Shown here piece by piece: positions 49,501 to 58,758 of a stretch of DNA of 64,000 bases. The DNA is taken from contig CALSNU010000003.1 of assembly GCA_943787795.1 (NCBI GenBank), forward strand, positions 96,001 to 160,000, written 5' to 3'. The notes under the pieces were generated by a model. It worked only from the letters and a program-made list of their open reading frames with translations. It was not told the origin of the DNA and ran no database searches. The position numbers were made by a program, and so were the translations under genes. The number at the start of each line of letters is the position of its first letter. Within the stretch, counting starts at the first letter, position 1. Source of the stretch: an uncultured bacterium. Its GTDB lineage: Bacteria; Planctomycetota; UBA1135; GCA-002686595.

Positions 49501-49759
49501 CCTTCGCGATGGGCTCCAGGCGCTCGACGGTGGGCTCGTAGGTCGGGTCGTCTGCCCAGGCATCGCGCGCCCGAACGGCCCAGGCATGGGGGTCCTCGTC
49601 CGGGTCGGGCAAGAGCCACGCCTTCCCGTCCTCGATTCCGAGGACAGAGCGCTGGGACCCCGCCGCCGTCAGCGTGAGGATGCCCTCCTTTTGCCCGCGT
49701 GCCAGCCCCTGGAGGAGCTCCGCGAGACCGATCCCACGGACGTCACCCTGGAAGCTCAT
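46549..49759 (-). CDS. DUF4388-domain transmembrane protein with TPR, PEGA-like and PQQ-like beta-propeller regions; split by one extra base at 48399-48403
   Basis: [19 protein letters not shown]...KEGIL is DUF4388-like. Removing one base gives [26 protein letters not shown] (a TM) and joins ORFs 48281..49759 and 46549..48372 into about 1069 aa. Confidence 0.72.
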
Positions 49760-49965
49760 GAGTCAATTGAGTGTGCTGCTGCGCTGTCGGCATGGAGTGC
49801 TGTGGACGGACCGGTACGAGATCCTCCCAGCCTTTCGACGCCTCCGGCGCGGCTCCTGAAGCAGACCGGGGCACCGGGACCAGAAACGTTTTCCACCCGG
49901 CGATTCGTCCGTTCGGTCTCCATGGGGCGCGATCGTCATCCCTTTCCGGGACGGCCATGGACCCG

Positions 49966-50583
49966 TCAGCGGGTCTTCAGCCGAGCCCTCAGCGCGCGCA
50001 GGTCCTCTGGGGTATCCAGATCGTCGAGGATTGCCGGGTCTGTGGTCTCGATGGAGACCGTGGGCACGGCCCTCGCGCGCAGCAAGCGCAGGGGAGCGTC
50101 AGGCCCAAGCCCACTGGCCTGAGCGGCCAGCGCAGCCCCGACGATGACGGGGTGGCCGAAGCGCGGACGCTCGCTTCCAGGGGGAATGATCGAGGGCGCC
50201 AGCCACCCGGTGGCGGGGCATCCGAGGGCCTGCCAGCGCTCCGCGAGGGTCTCCACCAGCGTCGCCGCGATGAGCGGGACGTCGACGGGGCAGATCATGA
50301 GGTCGACCCCGGGGTGTCGGGCCGCCGCAAGGGCCACGCCCGAGGTTCGCCCCCGGAGCCATGCGGGGTTGAAGAGCACCTCCACACCCACGGCCCAGCG
50401 CGCCACGTGATCCTGAATCTCTCGATGGTGGCAGCCGGTGATGACGAGCGGCGTGGGGGAGACACGACGGAGGGCGTCGGAGAGCCGCTCGAGCGCGCTC
50501 CGGCCGCCGAGGTCCGCCAGGGCCTTGGGCTCGCCCAGGCGCCTGGAAGCGCCCGCCGCCAGGATGACCGGGGCGAGGCTCAC
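49966..50583 (-). CDS. MobA/MocA-like nucleotidyltransferase (NTP_transf_3)
   Basis: VILAAGASRRLGEPKAL, PVDVP, GHPV, DLDTPED; GTGA overlap with the upstream gene. Confidence 0.85.
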   Translation of the reverse strand: MSLAPVILAAGASRRLGEPKALADLGGRSALERLSDALRRVSPTPLVITGCHHREIQDHVARWAVGVEVLFNPAWLRGRTSGVALAAARHPGVDLMICPVDVPLIAATLVETLAERWQALGCPATGWLAPSIIPPGSERPRFGHPVIVGAALAAQASGLGPDAPLRLLRARAVPTVSIETTDPAILDDLDTPEDLRALRARLKTR

Positions 50584-51614
50584 GCGCCGACCCAACGGGC
50601 GACCACGGCGCGGGCCTTCGAGGTGTCCTCCGTCCCTTCGACCAGCGCTCGACCATCGGGGAAGAGGGTCACGCGATGCCCCTCCGCAGTGAATCGAAGG
50701 AGCGGCCCGGCCTGGCGAACCTCGATGCCAGCGGACCGCAGGTTGGCCGCCACCAGGTCGGGGACGGGCGCCGGTGCTCCGGCCGGGGCGAGGACCTGGA
50801 CGGTGTTGCGCCCGCAGAGCGAGACCGCTTCATCCGCCGTCGCGCCCTCCAGGAACTCGAAGTCGCCCGTGACGCAGCAAGGACAGCTGGGAGCGCGGGG
50901 GACCGGGAGCCGCCTCACGCTCCCGGACCAAACGTCAAGGTCGATCAACGCCGGAGCGGGGGGGTCTTCTCCAGCCAGCTGGCGGAGGGCGAGGCCCGCT
51001 TGCATGGACGCGATGACGCCGACCGCGGGGCCGATCACCCCGGCCGTATCGCACGTGGGGAGGGCGCCAGGCGGAGGAGGATCCGGGAAGACGCAGCGCA
51101 GGCAAGGGCCCTCGCCGGGCTGGATCGCCAGGACGAGGCCGCCCGAGGACACGACCCCAGCGTAGATCCAGGGGACCCCCTCACGGACGGCGTAGTCGTT
51201 CACGAGGTAGCGCGTGGCCATGTTGTCGGTCCCATCGAGGATCAGGTCCACGTTCGCGCCGAGCTCGAGGAGTCGGTCCGCGTTCAGGTGCACCGCGTGG
51301 GAGGTCAATCGGGTTGGTCCACCGATCAGCCCGAGGGTCTCGGCAGCGGCGCTGACCTTGGGGGTGCCGGCTGCGGCGTGTTCAGCGGTGAACAGGACCT
51401 GGCGGGGGAGGTTGGTCTCCTCGACCACGTCACGGTCCACGAGGATCAGTTCGCCGACTCCGGCGCGGGTCAACCACTGCGCGAGCACGCCGCCCAGGGC
51501 GCCGCAGCCCACGAGCAGGACCCGCTTGGTCTCGAGGCGAGCTTGACCCTCGGGCCCGAGCGGTGCGAAGCGGGCCTGCCGTTCGAAGCGGTGCTGGACG
51601 GGGGGGGCGGTCAC
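50580..51614 (-). CDS. ThiF/MoeB-family adenylyltransferase
   Basis: RFERQ, VGCGALG, VDRDVVEETNLPRQ, DGTDN, CLRC, TCDTAGV, CPCC and the SLCGRN C-terminal domain. Confidence 0.9.
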   Translation of the reverse strand: MTAPPVQHRFERQARFAPLGPEGQARLETKRVLLVGCGALGGVLAQWLTRAGVGELILVDRDVVEETNLPRQVLFTAEHAAAGTPKVSAAAETLGLIGGPTRLTSHAVHLNADRLLELGANVDLILDGTDNMATRYLVNDYAVREGVPWIYAGVVSSGGLVLAIQPGEGPCLRCVFPDPPPPGALPTCDTAGVIGPAVGVIASMQAGLALRQLAGEDPPAPALIDLDVWSGSVRRLPVPRAPSCPCCVTGDFEFLEGATADEAVSLCGRNTVQVLAPAGAPAPVPDLVAANLRSAGIEVRQAGPLLRFTAEGHRVTLFPDGRALVEGTEDTSKARAVVARWVGA

Positions 51615-51991
51615 GGAATCAGCAGGACGATGAGGGTGGTGACGAGCGCGATGGCTGCGAGGAGGATCCCGCCGGCCAGGGCGAGCGCCGTGCGATCTCT
51701 CGCGGGGACCCGGTCAATCTCGACCCAGTTGAAGTATCTGCGGGCCGAGCCTTCGATGGCAGCACCACAATGTGGGCACTTGTCCCCCTTGAAGTCGTCC
51801 CAGGGGACGACGCCGTCACACTCCATGCAGTAGAAGTTCCGGGCCGTCCCGCCCTCCTCGACGCCTGGAGCGTGGTTCCGCCCGCGATAATAGTCCAGGG
51901 ACTCCGCGTTCACGACGTCGCGTGTCCGTGACCAGTGGTCCTCGGACATGTTGCCGTAGCTCTTGGGAGGGGGAGTCTTCTCTTCTGCCAT
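51611..51991 (-). CDS. Small Zn-ribbon protein with C-terminal TM helix
   Basis: CMEC...CPHCG plus hydrophobic tail; GTGA overlap with the ThiF/MoeB start. Confidence 0.7.
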   Translation of the reverse strand: MAEEKTPPPKSYGNMSEDHWSRTRDVVNAESLDYYRGRNHAPGVEEGGTARNFYCMECDGVVPWDDFKGDKCPHCGAAIEGSARRYFNWVEIDRVPARDRTALALAGGILLAAIALVTTLIVLLIP

Positions 51992-52070
51992 GGGGGGGCT
52001 CCGGGCTCAGCCAGGGCGCTCCTGAACATAGCCCCCGGGGAGGCTGTCCGCGACGTCGGCGGAGTCGGGC

Positions 52071-52099
52071 TTGACAGAGAGGACCCTGATCCCGATCCT
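52071..52099 (+). promoter_or_regulatory. Putative sigma70 promoter of tRNA-His
   Basis: Perfect TTGACA at 52071, 17-bp spacer, weak -10 GATCCT, about 35 bp upstream of the tRNA. Confidence 0.45.
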
Positions 52100-52134
52100 C
52101 TCCCGCCTGTTCGTCCCTCTGGGCCGGACGGATT

Positions 52135-52212
52135 GGTGGGCATAGCTCAGTTGGTTAGAGCGCCGGATTGTGGTTCCGGAGGTCGGGGGTTCAAGTCCCC
52201 TTGTCCACCCCA
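52135..52212 (+). tRNA. tRNA-His (GTG) with encoded G-1 and CCA
   Basis: Acceptor stem GTGGGCA/TGTCCAC, D-arm GCTC/GAGC, anticodon arm CCGGA-TTGTGGT-TCCGG, T-loop TTCAAGT, discriminator C then CCA. Confidence 0.97.
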
Positions 52213-52437
52213 CCCCCCCCTCGGGGCCCACGCGAGCATGGGCCGGGCGTGAGGACGCTCACGGAGCGACCCCGAGCGGGCCCCGTGCGCCCCGCGGTCC
52301 ATTCCAGCGCTTGGGAGATACGCCGTCCCTTGATCTTCCTGGAAGAGTGCGCGAGCGTCCGGGCGGCAGGGCCCGGGTCTTGGGCCAAGAACCACGTCTT
52401 GCCCACTCGCGAGTGGGCCCCTCGCCGGCAGCCTCCG

Positions 52438-53283
52438 TCAGCCGTTGACGAAGTCCTTCGCGCGGAGCATCTCGGCCTGAAGTTCCTCAGAGAGCTCCGT
52501 GAGATGACCGAACTGCAGGCCGGTCAGGTCGAGCGCAGCGGCGTTGATGGAGTAGCGCAGGTCCGTCGAGCCTTCAGACTTGGCGAGGTCCTGGGTCAGG
52601 ATCTCCGCCAGGTGAATCGTGGCGGCCAGCGCGGCGTCCGCCCCGGCGAGCTCAGGGTCGTGGTGATGACGGATCACCTCGACGAGCACGTCGGGCAGCG
52701 ACCAGCGTGTAGAGAGGCGGGCGCCGATCTCTGCGTGGTGGAGCCCGAGGACCTGCCGCTCGGCCTCGATGAGGTCGGTCCCGCTCAGGGCCATGCCGCG
52801 GATCTCGTCGATCGTCTCATCGAGGAAGCGGTCGAGGACCAGGTGCCCGATGTTCTCGAGCAGACCGGCGGTGTAGGCCCGGTCAGGGTCGACCTTCCCG
52901 TGTCGTCTCGCGATCAGTCGAGCGCCGATCGCGTTGGAGACGCACTGTTCCCAGCGGCTCTCCATGGAGTGGCCCTTGGCGCTGCCGTAATCGCGGAAGT
53001 ACTTGCCCGCGCTCGAGGTCAAGACGAGGTTGACCAGGGTCGTGACACCGAGGAGGTTGCCGGCCTCATGGAGTGAGGCGATCTCGCGCTGGAAGCCGTA
53101 GTACGCCGAGTTGCAGAGCTTCAGGACCTTGGAGGTGATGCCTGGGTCGGTCTGGACCAGCTCGATCAGCTCGCTGGGGACCACCTCGTCCCGGCCGGCG
53201 ACCTCGAGCACGCGTGCAGCGACGCCGGGAAACGGTTCGAGACTCCGCATCTCGAACATCAGGTCTTTCAGGGGCACGTGCAT
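52438..53283 (-). CDS. HDOD-domain protein (stand-alone)
   Basis: LEPFPGVA, DPGITSKVLKLCNSAYYG, AYTAGLLENIG, ERQVLGLHHAEIG, WSLP, HHHDP. Confidence 0.9.
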   Translation of the reverse strand: MHVPLKDLMFEMRSLEPFPGVAARVLEVAGRDEVVPSELIELVQTDPGITSKVLKLCNSAYYGFQREIASLHEAGNLLGVTTLVNLVLTSSAGKYFRDYGSAKGHSMESRWEQCVSNAIGARLIARRHGKVDPDRAYTAGLLENIGHLVLDRFLDETIDEIRGMALSGTDLIEAERQVLGLHHAEIGARLSTRWSLPDVLVEVIRHHHDPELAGADAALAATIHLAEILTQDLAKSEGSTDLRYSINAAALDLTGLQFGHLTELSEELQAEMLRAKDFVNG

Positions 53284-53422
53284 GGCAGGGAGTTGTCCGG
53301 GGAGAAGACCGGACTCCTCTCCATTCGGATCGAGCGACCGCAGATCTGGAGGGAAACGCGGCAACCGGGAAGGGCCCCTTGCGGAAGGCGACAGAGAGCC
53401 CAGTCCCGCCCGCCAGATATTC

Positions 53423-53920
53423 TCAATAAGCGCCAGCGTCGTCGAAGAGCGCCGCCGCGCTTCGCAGGCCCTTGAACTCGAGCGCGTTGCCGGATGGGTC
53501 CCGAAGGAACAGGGTGCCCTGCTCACCGGGTTGACCCTCGAACCGCACGCGTGGGGGAATCACGAAGTCACAGGCGCTCTGTTGTAGCGATGCCGCGAGC
53601 CGCTCCCATGCCTCCATGCTCAGGACGACACCGAAGTGGGGAATCGGAACCTGATCCCCATCCACCGGGTTCGAGGCGCCGTCCGAATCTGAAGCGCGCT
53701 CGCGTCCCTGCTGCGGGGCAAGGTGCACGGTGATCTGGTGCCCCCCCAGATCGAAGTCGATCCAGCGCTCAGAGCGGCGGCCGATGCTGGCGCCGAGGAC
53801 GTTGCCATAGAAGTCCTCGGCGGCCTGCAGGTCATGGACCGCGAGGGCGAGATGGAACGGCCGCAGCGCGCCGCCGTCGGCCCGGAGGACCGAGCGGCGG
53901 TCATCGAGGGGCGTGCTCAA
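53423..53920 (-). CDS. VOC/glyoxalase-family protein
   Basis: PFHLAL, FYGNVLG, WIDFDLGGHQ, VDGDQVPIPHFG, DPSGNALEFKG; probable TTG start overlapping the upstream stop. Confidence 0.85.
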   Translation of the reverse strand: MSTPLDDRRSVLRADGGALRPFHLALAVHDLQAAEDFYGNVLGASIGRRSERWIDFDLGGHQITVHLAPQQGRERASDSDGASNPVDGDQVPIPHFGVVLSMEAWERLAASLQQSACDFVIPPRVRFEGQPGEQGTLFLRDPSGNALEFKGLRSAAALFDDAGAY

Positions 53921-54393
53921 AGGTAGGTGTCGTGGCCTTCCTTCTTTTGCTTCCCGAGCGTTCGGTAGATCGTCTTGGCTGCGTCGGCGTCGCCCTTGGC
54001 CAGGGCCGCCTCGAGGTCCACCAGGGTCGAGCACACGGTGAGCATGCGCTTGCGGAAGTCGGCGCTGAAGTCGACCGAGGCGTCGCCATCGAGCTCGGTC
54101 TGCGGCTCCGGAGGGTGCTGGAACCCCACGAGCGCAGCGGCCTGCATCTCCTGGCAGAGTTTCACAGCGGCGTCCTTCTGCTCCGGCTTGCTCAGCATCT
54201 TCCGGATGCCCTTCATGCCCTTTTGGATGACCTCCATGCTCTCGTGGAGCGGGCCAGCCTCACCGTCGTCGTCGACGGCAATCTCAGCTCCGGCGCGGGG
54301 CGAGGCCGAGGACGGGTCGGCGCTGTGGATGGCGAGGGCCAGGACCGCGAGGCCAGGCAGGGCGAGGAGCGTGAGCTTTGAGCGTTGAATCAT
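53917..54393 (-). CDS. Cytochrome b562-like four-helix-bundle periplasmic protein
   Basis: Signal peptide; LHESM (Met ligand) and KEGH (His ligand) at opposite ends of a helical domain; no CxxCH. Confidence 0.7.
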   Translation of the reverse strand: MIQRSKLTLLALPGLAVLALAIHSADPSSASPRAGAEIAVDDDGEAGPLHESMEVIQKGMKGIRKMLSKPEQKDAAVKLCQEMQAAALVGFQHPPEPQTELDGDASVDFSADFRKRMLTVCSTLVDLEAALAKGDADAAKTIYRTLGKQKKEGHDTYL

Positions 54394-54564
54394 GTGGTCG
54401 AGTCGATGGTCGCCTGGGAGGGCGGGTTGAGGGCATGGACGGCTTCAGGCGGCCACGGGATGAGGCGGTCAGGTGAAGAAGGGTGATCGAGGCGTCGGAG
54501 CGTGAGTGACAACGCCCTGCATTGGCGAGGTGCGAGCGGCCTCGTCGGAGCGACTCAAGGAGAG

Positions 54565-55701
54565 TCACACCTCCCTCAGAATAGTCTCCCAAGCCGCGAG
54601 GTGGGCCCTCGCACACGCCTGCCAGGTGTAGGGGGCCGCATTCCTCATCCAACCCTCACGAACACAGGGATCATCGGCCTCCTCGAGGGCCTGTTCCAGG
54701 GCGATGGCCACGCCTGACGGATCCTGTGAGTCCACGAATCGCGCGGACGTTGACAGGGCTTCCTCGAAGGCAGGCGTTGGTGACGCCACCACCGCCAGCC
54801 CGTGACGGCATGCCTCCAGCGGTGTCACCGGCGTGGCCTCATCGTCCGTCAGGTGCAGCAGGACCTTCGAGCCGGCGACGCAGCGTGGCATGAGTGCCTC
54901 GTCTGGCTCGGCGATCCAGCGGACGTGCGCCGCAGCGGGCGAGGCCCGTAGCGCTGCCCTGAACTCCTCGGCCGCGTCCCCGGGTCGGCCCACCAACAGC
55001 AAGCGGCTGCTCGAGCCTCGTTGCCGGAGCGCCTCGAAGGCCCGGAGCGCGTCGAGGGGCCGCCTCGAGTGTCGCACGGAGCCAAGCACCAGGATGTCCC
55101 GGGAGGGGCGCTGATCCAGCGCGTCGGAGAGGTCGCGTTGCCAATGGTCGGCGCCGACCGGGACCTGGATGATCCGCGATGGCGACGCTCCGAAGTCTTG
55201 CTCGAGCCGCTGCGCCGCCGCGGCGGAGAAGACGATCAGCCCGTCGGCGCCGAGAACCGCCGATGCGAAGGCCTGCGCCCCCGCTCCCCCGGTGGCGGGG
55301 AACTCCGAGACGGCCAGGGTCTGGGCCCGAGCCGTGGCCGGGGGCCAGCCTGGGATCGCGCGGTGAAACACATCGCAGCCTCCCCCGGTCAAGCGCTCCA
55401 GGCCCGGGAAGACCCTGGCCGCGAGCGCCACGGCGCGTCGCGGGAGCCGGAGGCGGGTGTGCTCTGGGGTCAGCCGCACGGCTGGGCCAGACAGCCCCAA
55501 CGCGGGGCCAGCCATGGGCCGCGGAGCGCGGCCGACCTCCACGAGGCGGAGCCGGTGGAGGGAGGGCTCGGGTTCCCTCACGAGGGCGCGAACGAGCTCC
55601 CGCACGTAGCGGCCAGTCCCAGGGGCGTGTCCTGCCGCGGGCGTGTAGTCCACGGCCACGGACGCTCCGGGCCTTCGGTGGTCCGCGCCTGATCGACTCA
55701 C
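54565..55701 (-). CDS. Glycosyltransferase family 4
   Basis: GTGRYVRELV, VPVGAD, EATPVTPLE (E-X7-E), YTWQACA; GTG start overlapping the upstream stop. Confidence 0.82.
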   Translation of the reverse strand: MSRSGADHRRPGASVAVDYTPAAGHAPGTGRYVRELVRALVREPEPSLHRLRLVEVGRAPRPMAGPALGLSGPAVRLTPEHTRLRLPRRAVALAARVFPGLERLTGGGCDVFHRAIPGWPPATARAQTLAVSEFPATGGAGAQAFASAVLGADGLIVFSAAAAQRLEQDFGASPSRIIQVPVGADHWQRDLSDALDQRPSRDILVLGSVRHSRRPLDALRAFEALRQRGSSSRLLLVGRPGDAAEEFRAALRASPAAAHVRWIAEPDEALMPRCVAGSKVLLHLTDDEATPVTPLEACRHGLAVVASPTPAFEEALSTSARFVDSQDPSGVAIALEQALEEADDPCVREGWMRNAAPYTWQACARAHLAAWETILREV

Positions 55702-55958
55702 CGGCCGTCCTGGTCGCCGTCGCCCTTCCGTTCCCGGAGGTGGGCGAGGACCTCGTTGACGAGCGGATCGGGCTCGCCAGCCTTTCGCTCGCGGATCTCG
55801 CGCAGGGCCTCTACGGAGGGTGGGCTCCCGGTCAACCCGCCATCCTCCTCGAACGCCCCGTACATGTCCCGTACGAGCGCCTTCATGAACGGCACGACCC
55901 AAGGCAGCGCGATGATCACTGCCGCGTACTTGATGATCGCCTTGGTCGTCTCGTCCAT
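55698..55958 (-). CDS. Small hypothetical single-TM protein
   Basis: ATG start, TM AAVIIALPWVVPF, coupled to the GT4 gene by GTGA. Confidence 0.6.
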   Translation of the reverse strand: MDETTKAIIKYAAVIIALPWVVPFMKALVRDMYGAFEEDGGLTGSPPSVEALREIRERKAGEPDPLVNEVLAHLRERKGDGDQDGR

Positions 55959-56091
55959 GGGGGGCTCCTACAGGTGACCATCGTACGAAACGCCGCCCGT
56001 CCTCCCGACAGCCTCGGGAAAAGCCAGGGGGTGTCCGATCCTGCGTCAGTCCCGCTACAGTCGGCACGTTCCCAGATCCCACCCAATCACC

Positions 56092-57237
56092 ATGTCATCA
56101 GACCACCTCAACGTCGCGCTCCTCGGACAGCGCTTCATGGGCCGGGCCCACTCCAACGCGTGGCGCCAGGCCCCCCAGTTCTTCGACCTCGCCGTTCGCC
56201 CTGTCCTGCACACCATCGCAGGTCGGGATGCGGCTTCCCTGGAGGAGTTCGGTGCCCGGTGGGGGTGGCAGAACACGACCACCGACTGGAGCACGATCGC
56301 GGCAGATCCGGCGGTGCAGCTGGTGGATATCGGGACGCCCAACGATGTGCACGAGGCCCCGGCCATCGCCATGCTCGAGGCCGGGAAGCACGTGGCCTGC
56401 GAGAAGCCGCTCTCCGCCACCCTCGACTCCGCGCGGCGCATGCGAGATGCGGCCGCGAAGGCAGCGGGTAAGACCTTCGTCTGGTTCAACTACCGCCGCT
56501 GTCCCGCGGTGGCGCTGATGCATGAGCTCGTGCAGGAGGGGCGGATCGGAGAGGTCCTCCACGTGCGCGGCGCCTACCTTCAGTCGTGGGGTGGACCCGA
56601 CACGCCGATGCTCTGGCGCTTCGACAAGAGCCGCGCGGGCTCAGGGGCCCACGGGGACCTCAACGCCCACATCGTCGACATGGCTCGCTTCGTCACGGGC
56701 CAGGAGGTCGCCCGCGTCCACGGCGGTGTCGCCGAGACTTTCGTCAAGGAGCGCGCTGCCGCGGACGGCTCGAAGCACGCCTCGACCGTGGACGACGTGG
56801 TCGTGTTTCTCGCCACCTTCACTGGCGGCGCCACCGCCTCCTTCGAGGCTTCGCGCCTCGCCCACGGTCACCACAACCGCAACACCCTCGAGGTGAACGG
56901 CACCAAGGGGTCCGTTCGATTCGACTTCGAGGACATGAACGTCCTGCACTTCATCGACGGCACAGAGGACGCTCGTTTGCGCGGCTGGCGGCGCATCATG
57001 TGCACGGACGCCGAGCATCACCCCTACGCGTCGGCGTGGTGGCCGGATGCCCACGTGATCGGATACGAGCACGGCTTCACGAACATGGTGGCTGACATCT
57101 GCTCGGTTCTCGGGGGGGGCGAGCCGCGGGTGCCGCTGCCCGACTTCGCGGACGCGTTCGAGACCCAGGTCGTGCTCGAGGCGGCCCTTGAATCGGCCGC
57201 GTCCGGCGCGGCGGTGGACGTGGATAGCCTCCGCTGA
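56092..57237 (+). CDS. Gfo/Idh/MocA NAD-dependent sugar oxidoreductase (levoglucosan-dehydrogenase-like)
   Basis: FMGRAHS, TPND.H, GKHVACEKPL, FNYRRCPAV, WRFDKSRAGSGAHGDLNAH, HPY..WWP..H.IGYEH. Confidence 0.9.
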   Translation: MSSDHLNVALLGQRFMGRAHSNAWRQAPQFFDLAVRPVLHTIAGRDAASLEEFGARWGWQNTTTDWSTIAADPAVQLVDIGTPNDVHEAPAIAMLEAGKHVACEKPLSATLDSARRMRDAAAKAAGKTFVWFNYRRCPAVALMHELVQEGRIGEVLHVRGAYLQSWGGPDTPMLWRFDKSRAGSGAHGDLNAHIVDMARFVTGQEVARVHGGVAETFVKERAAADGSKHASTVDDVVVFLATFTGGATASFEASRLAHGHHNRNTLEVNGTKGSVRFDFEDMNVLHFIDGTEDARLRGWRRIMCTDAEHHPYASAWWPDAHVIGYEHGFTNMVADICSVLGGGEPRVPLPDFADAFETQVVLEAALESAASGAAVDVDSLR

Positions 57238-57361
57238 CCCGTTCAGAGAAATCGAGGTAAAGGCCGCCCGCGCGCGGCGGGAGCGGGGTCCTCGGCCTCG
57301 CGGGCAGGGAGTACCCTTTTGGTTGCCTCCCGGCCCGTCCCTCTCCAACCTGCTTCGCATC

Positions 57362-58657
57362 ATGATCCGTCTCGTCTTCGCCTCAGCGGTCCTCACCGCC
57401 GGGGCCAGCGCCCAGTCGTTCACCTACTCGCTCGACCCCGCGCTCAGTGACATCTCCGTCAGCGCCAACGTCACGCTGGACCTGACCGGCGATCTGAAGG
57501 GGGTCTTTGACTCGACGGCTAACCCTGGCGGCACGCGGACCATCTCCGGTCTCTTCGGGGATCCGGGAACGAACGCCGAGATCCCCCTCTCCCTCGGCCT
57601 CGGGATCGACCTCAACCTCGGCGGAGCCGGCGCCGGGAGCTTCACGTTGATCTACGACTCGCAGACAGGAGAGGTCGGGGTCGACGAGCTCTTCACGACC
57701 GTTGGGGCCGGCACCACCTCCCAGGCCGACCTCAGCGTGACGCTGCAGTACGACACCTTTCGGACCGCGTCTCCCGGCTCCTTGTTCATCGGGGGCATTC
57801 CGCTGACGCTCCCCCTGGGCGCCGCCACGGCCTCGGAGATCACCCTGGTCCAGTCCGCCCCGGCGGTCGGGACGGCGAGCCCGTCCGGGACCCCGGGCGT
57901 CCTCGACGTGGAGCTCGTCGTGCCGGTTGATCTCAGCCTCGTGGTGGACCTCGGTCCCCTTGGCGGTGGGGCTCCGACGCCGGTTGGGCCGATTCCGTTC
58001 GCCCTTCCTATCAGCGGCGCCTTCGACCTCGGCGCCTGCGACACCCGTCTGGACGCGGTGACGAGCCAGACCATCAGCCAGTCGATCCCGTCCCCGTTCC
58101 CGCTCTCGTTTGACGACCTCCCGCTGGACCTGCCCACGATCTTGCCCCCCGGCAGCACGGCGAACCTCCTGCTCACCGCGGGGCTCGATACGCTGAACCT
58201 CGACGGCGCCGTCAATTCGACGCTCGTCGCGACGGCCACTGACGGCCGCGTTCAGAACGTCTGCTTCGCGCTGCCCAACTCCACCGGGTTCGGCGCTGTG
58301 ATGGCCACCAACGGCAGCCAGAGCGTCGCGAATCAGGACCTGGGCTTCACGGTCTCTTCCTTGCCGCAGGACTCCTTCGGGTTCCTGCTGATGTCGCAGA
58401 ACGAGGTGACCCAGCCCGGTTTCGGAGGCGGTCAGGGCACGCTCTGCATCGGCGAGCCCTGCTTCCGGTTCTCCAACACCGTGCAGAACAGCGGCATCCT
58501 GGGTGAGGTGGCGTTCGCGCCGGACTTCGGAAATCTTCCCATGGGCCAGCAGTTCATCGAGGCGGAGTCGTGGGTCTTCCAGTACTGGTTCCGTGACGCC
58601 AACCCGCAGCCGACGTCCAACACATCGAGCGCCCTGCGAGTGACGTTCTGTCGCTGA
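57362..58657 (+). CDS. Secreted beta-rich protein with C-terminal 'NSTG...LCIG...FQYWFRD' domain
   Basis: Signal peptide ending ASA-Q; S/T/G/P-rich body; distinctive C-terminal domain of about 130 aa. Confidence 0.7.
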   Translation: MIRLVFASAVLTAGASAQSFTYSLDPALSDISVSANVTLDLTGDLKGVFDSTANPGGTRTISGLFGDPGTNAEIPLSLGLGIDLNLGGAGAGSFTLIYDSQTGEVGVDELFTTVGAGTTSQADLSVTLQYDTFRTASPGSLFIGGIPLTLPLGAATASEITLVQSAPAVGTASPSGTPGVLDVELVVPVDLSLVVDLGPLGGGAPTPVGPIPFALPISGAFDLGACDTRLDAVTSQTISQSIPSPFPLSFDDLPLDLPTILPPGSTANLLLTAGLDTLNLDGAVNSTLVATATDGRVQNVCFALPNSTGFGAVMATNGSQSVANQDLGFTVSSLPQDSFGFLLMSQNEVTQPGFGGGQGTLCIGEPCFRFSNTVQNSGILGEVAFAPDFGNLPMGQQFIEAESWVFQYWFRDANPQPTSNTSSALRVTFCR

Positions 58658-58758
58658 CGCGACGAGAGACCTCCCTCGGCTATCATCAGAGCGCGAGCGC
58701 CCTCCCGGGCGCCCGCGCTCTCTCCGTTCCGACCCTGCAATCTCTGACGACGCTCCCC

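Noticed and set aside
52135..56000. Genomic island integrated at tRNA-His
   Set aside because: No integrase, no repeated tRNA 3' end and no obvious compositional shift; flanking genes look ordinary.
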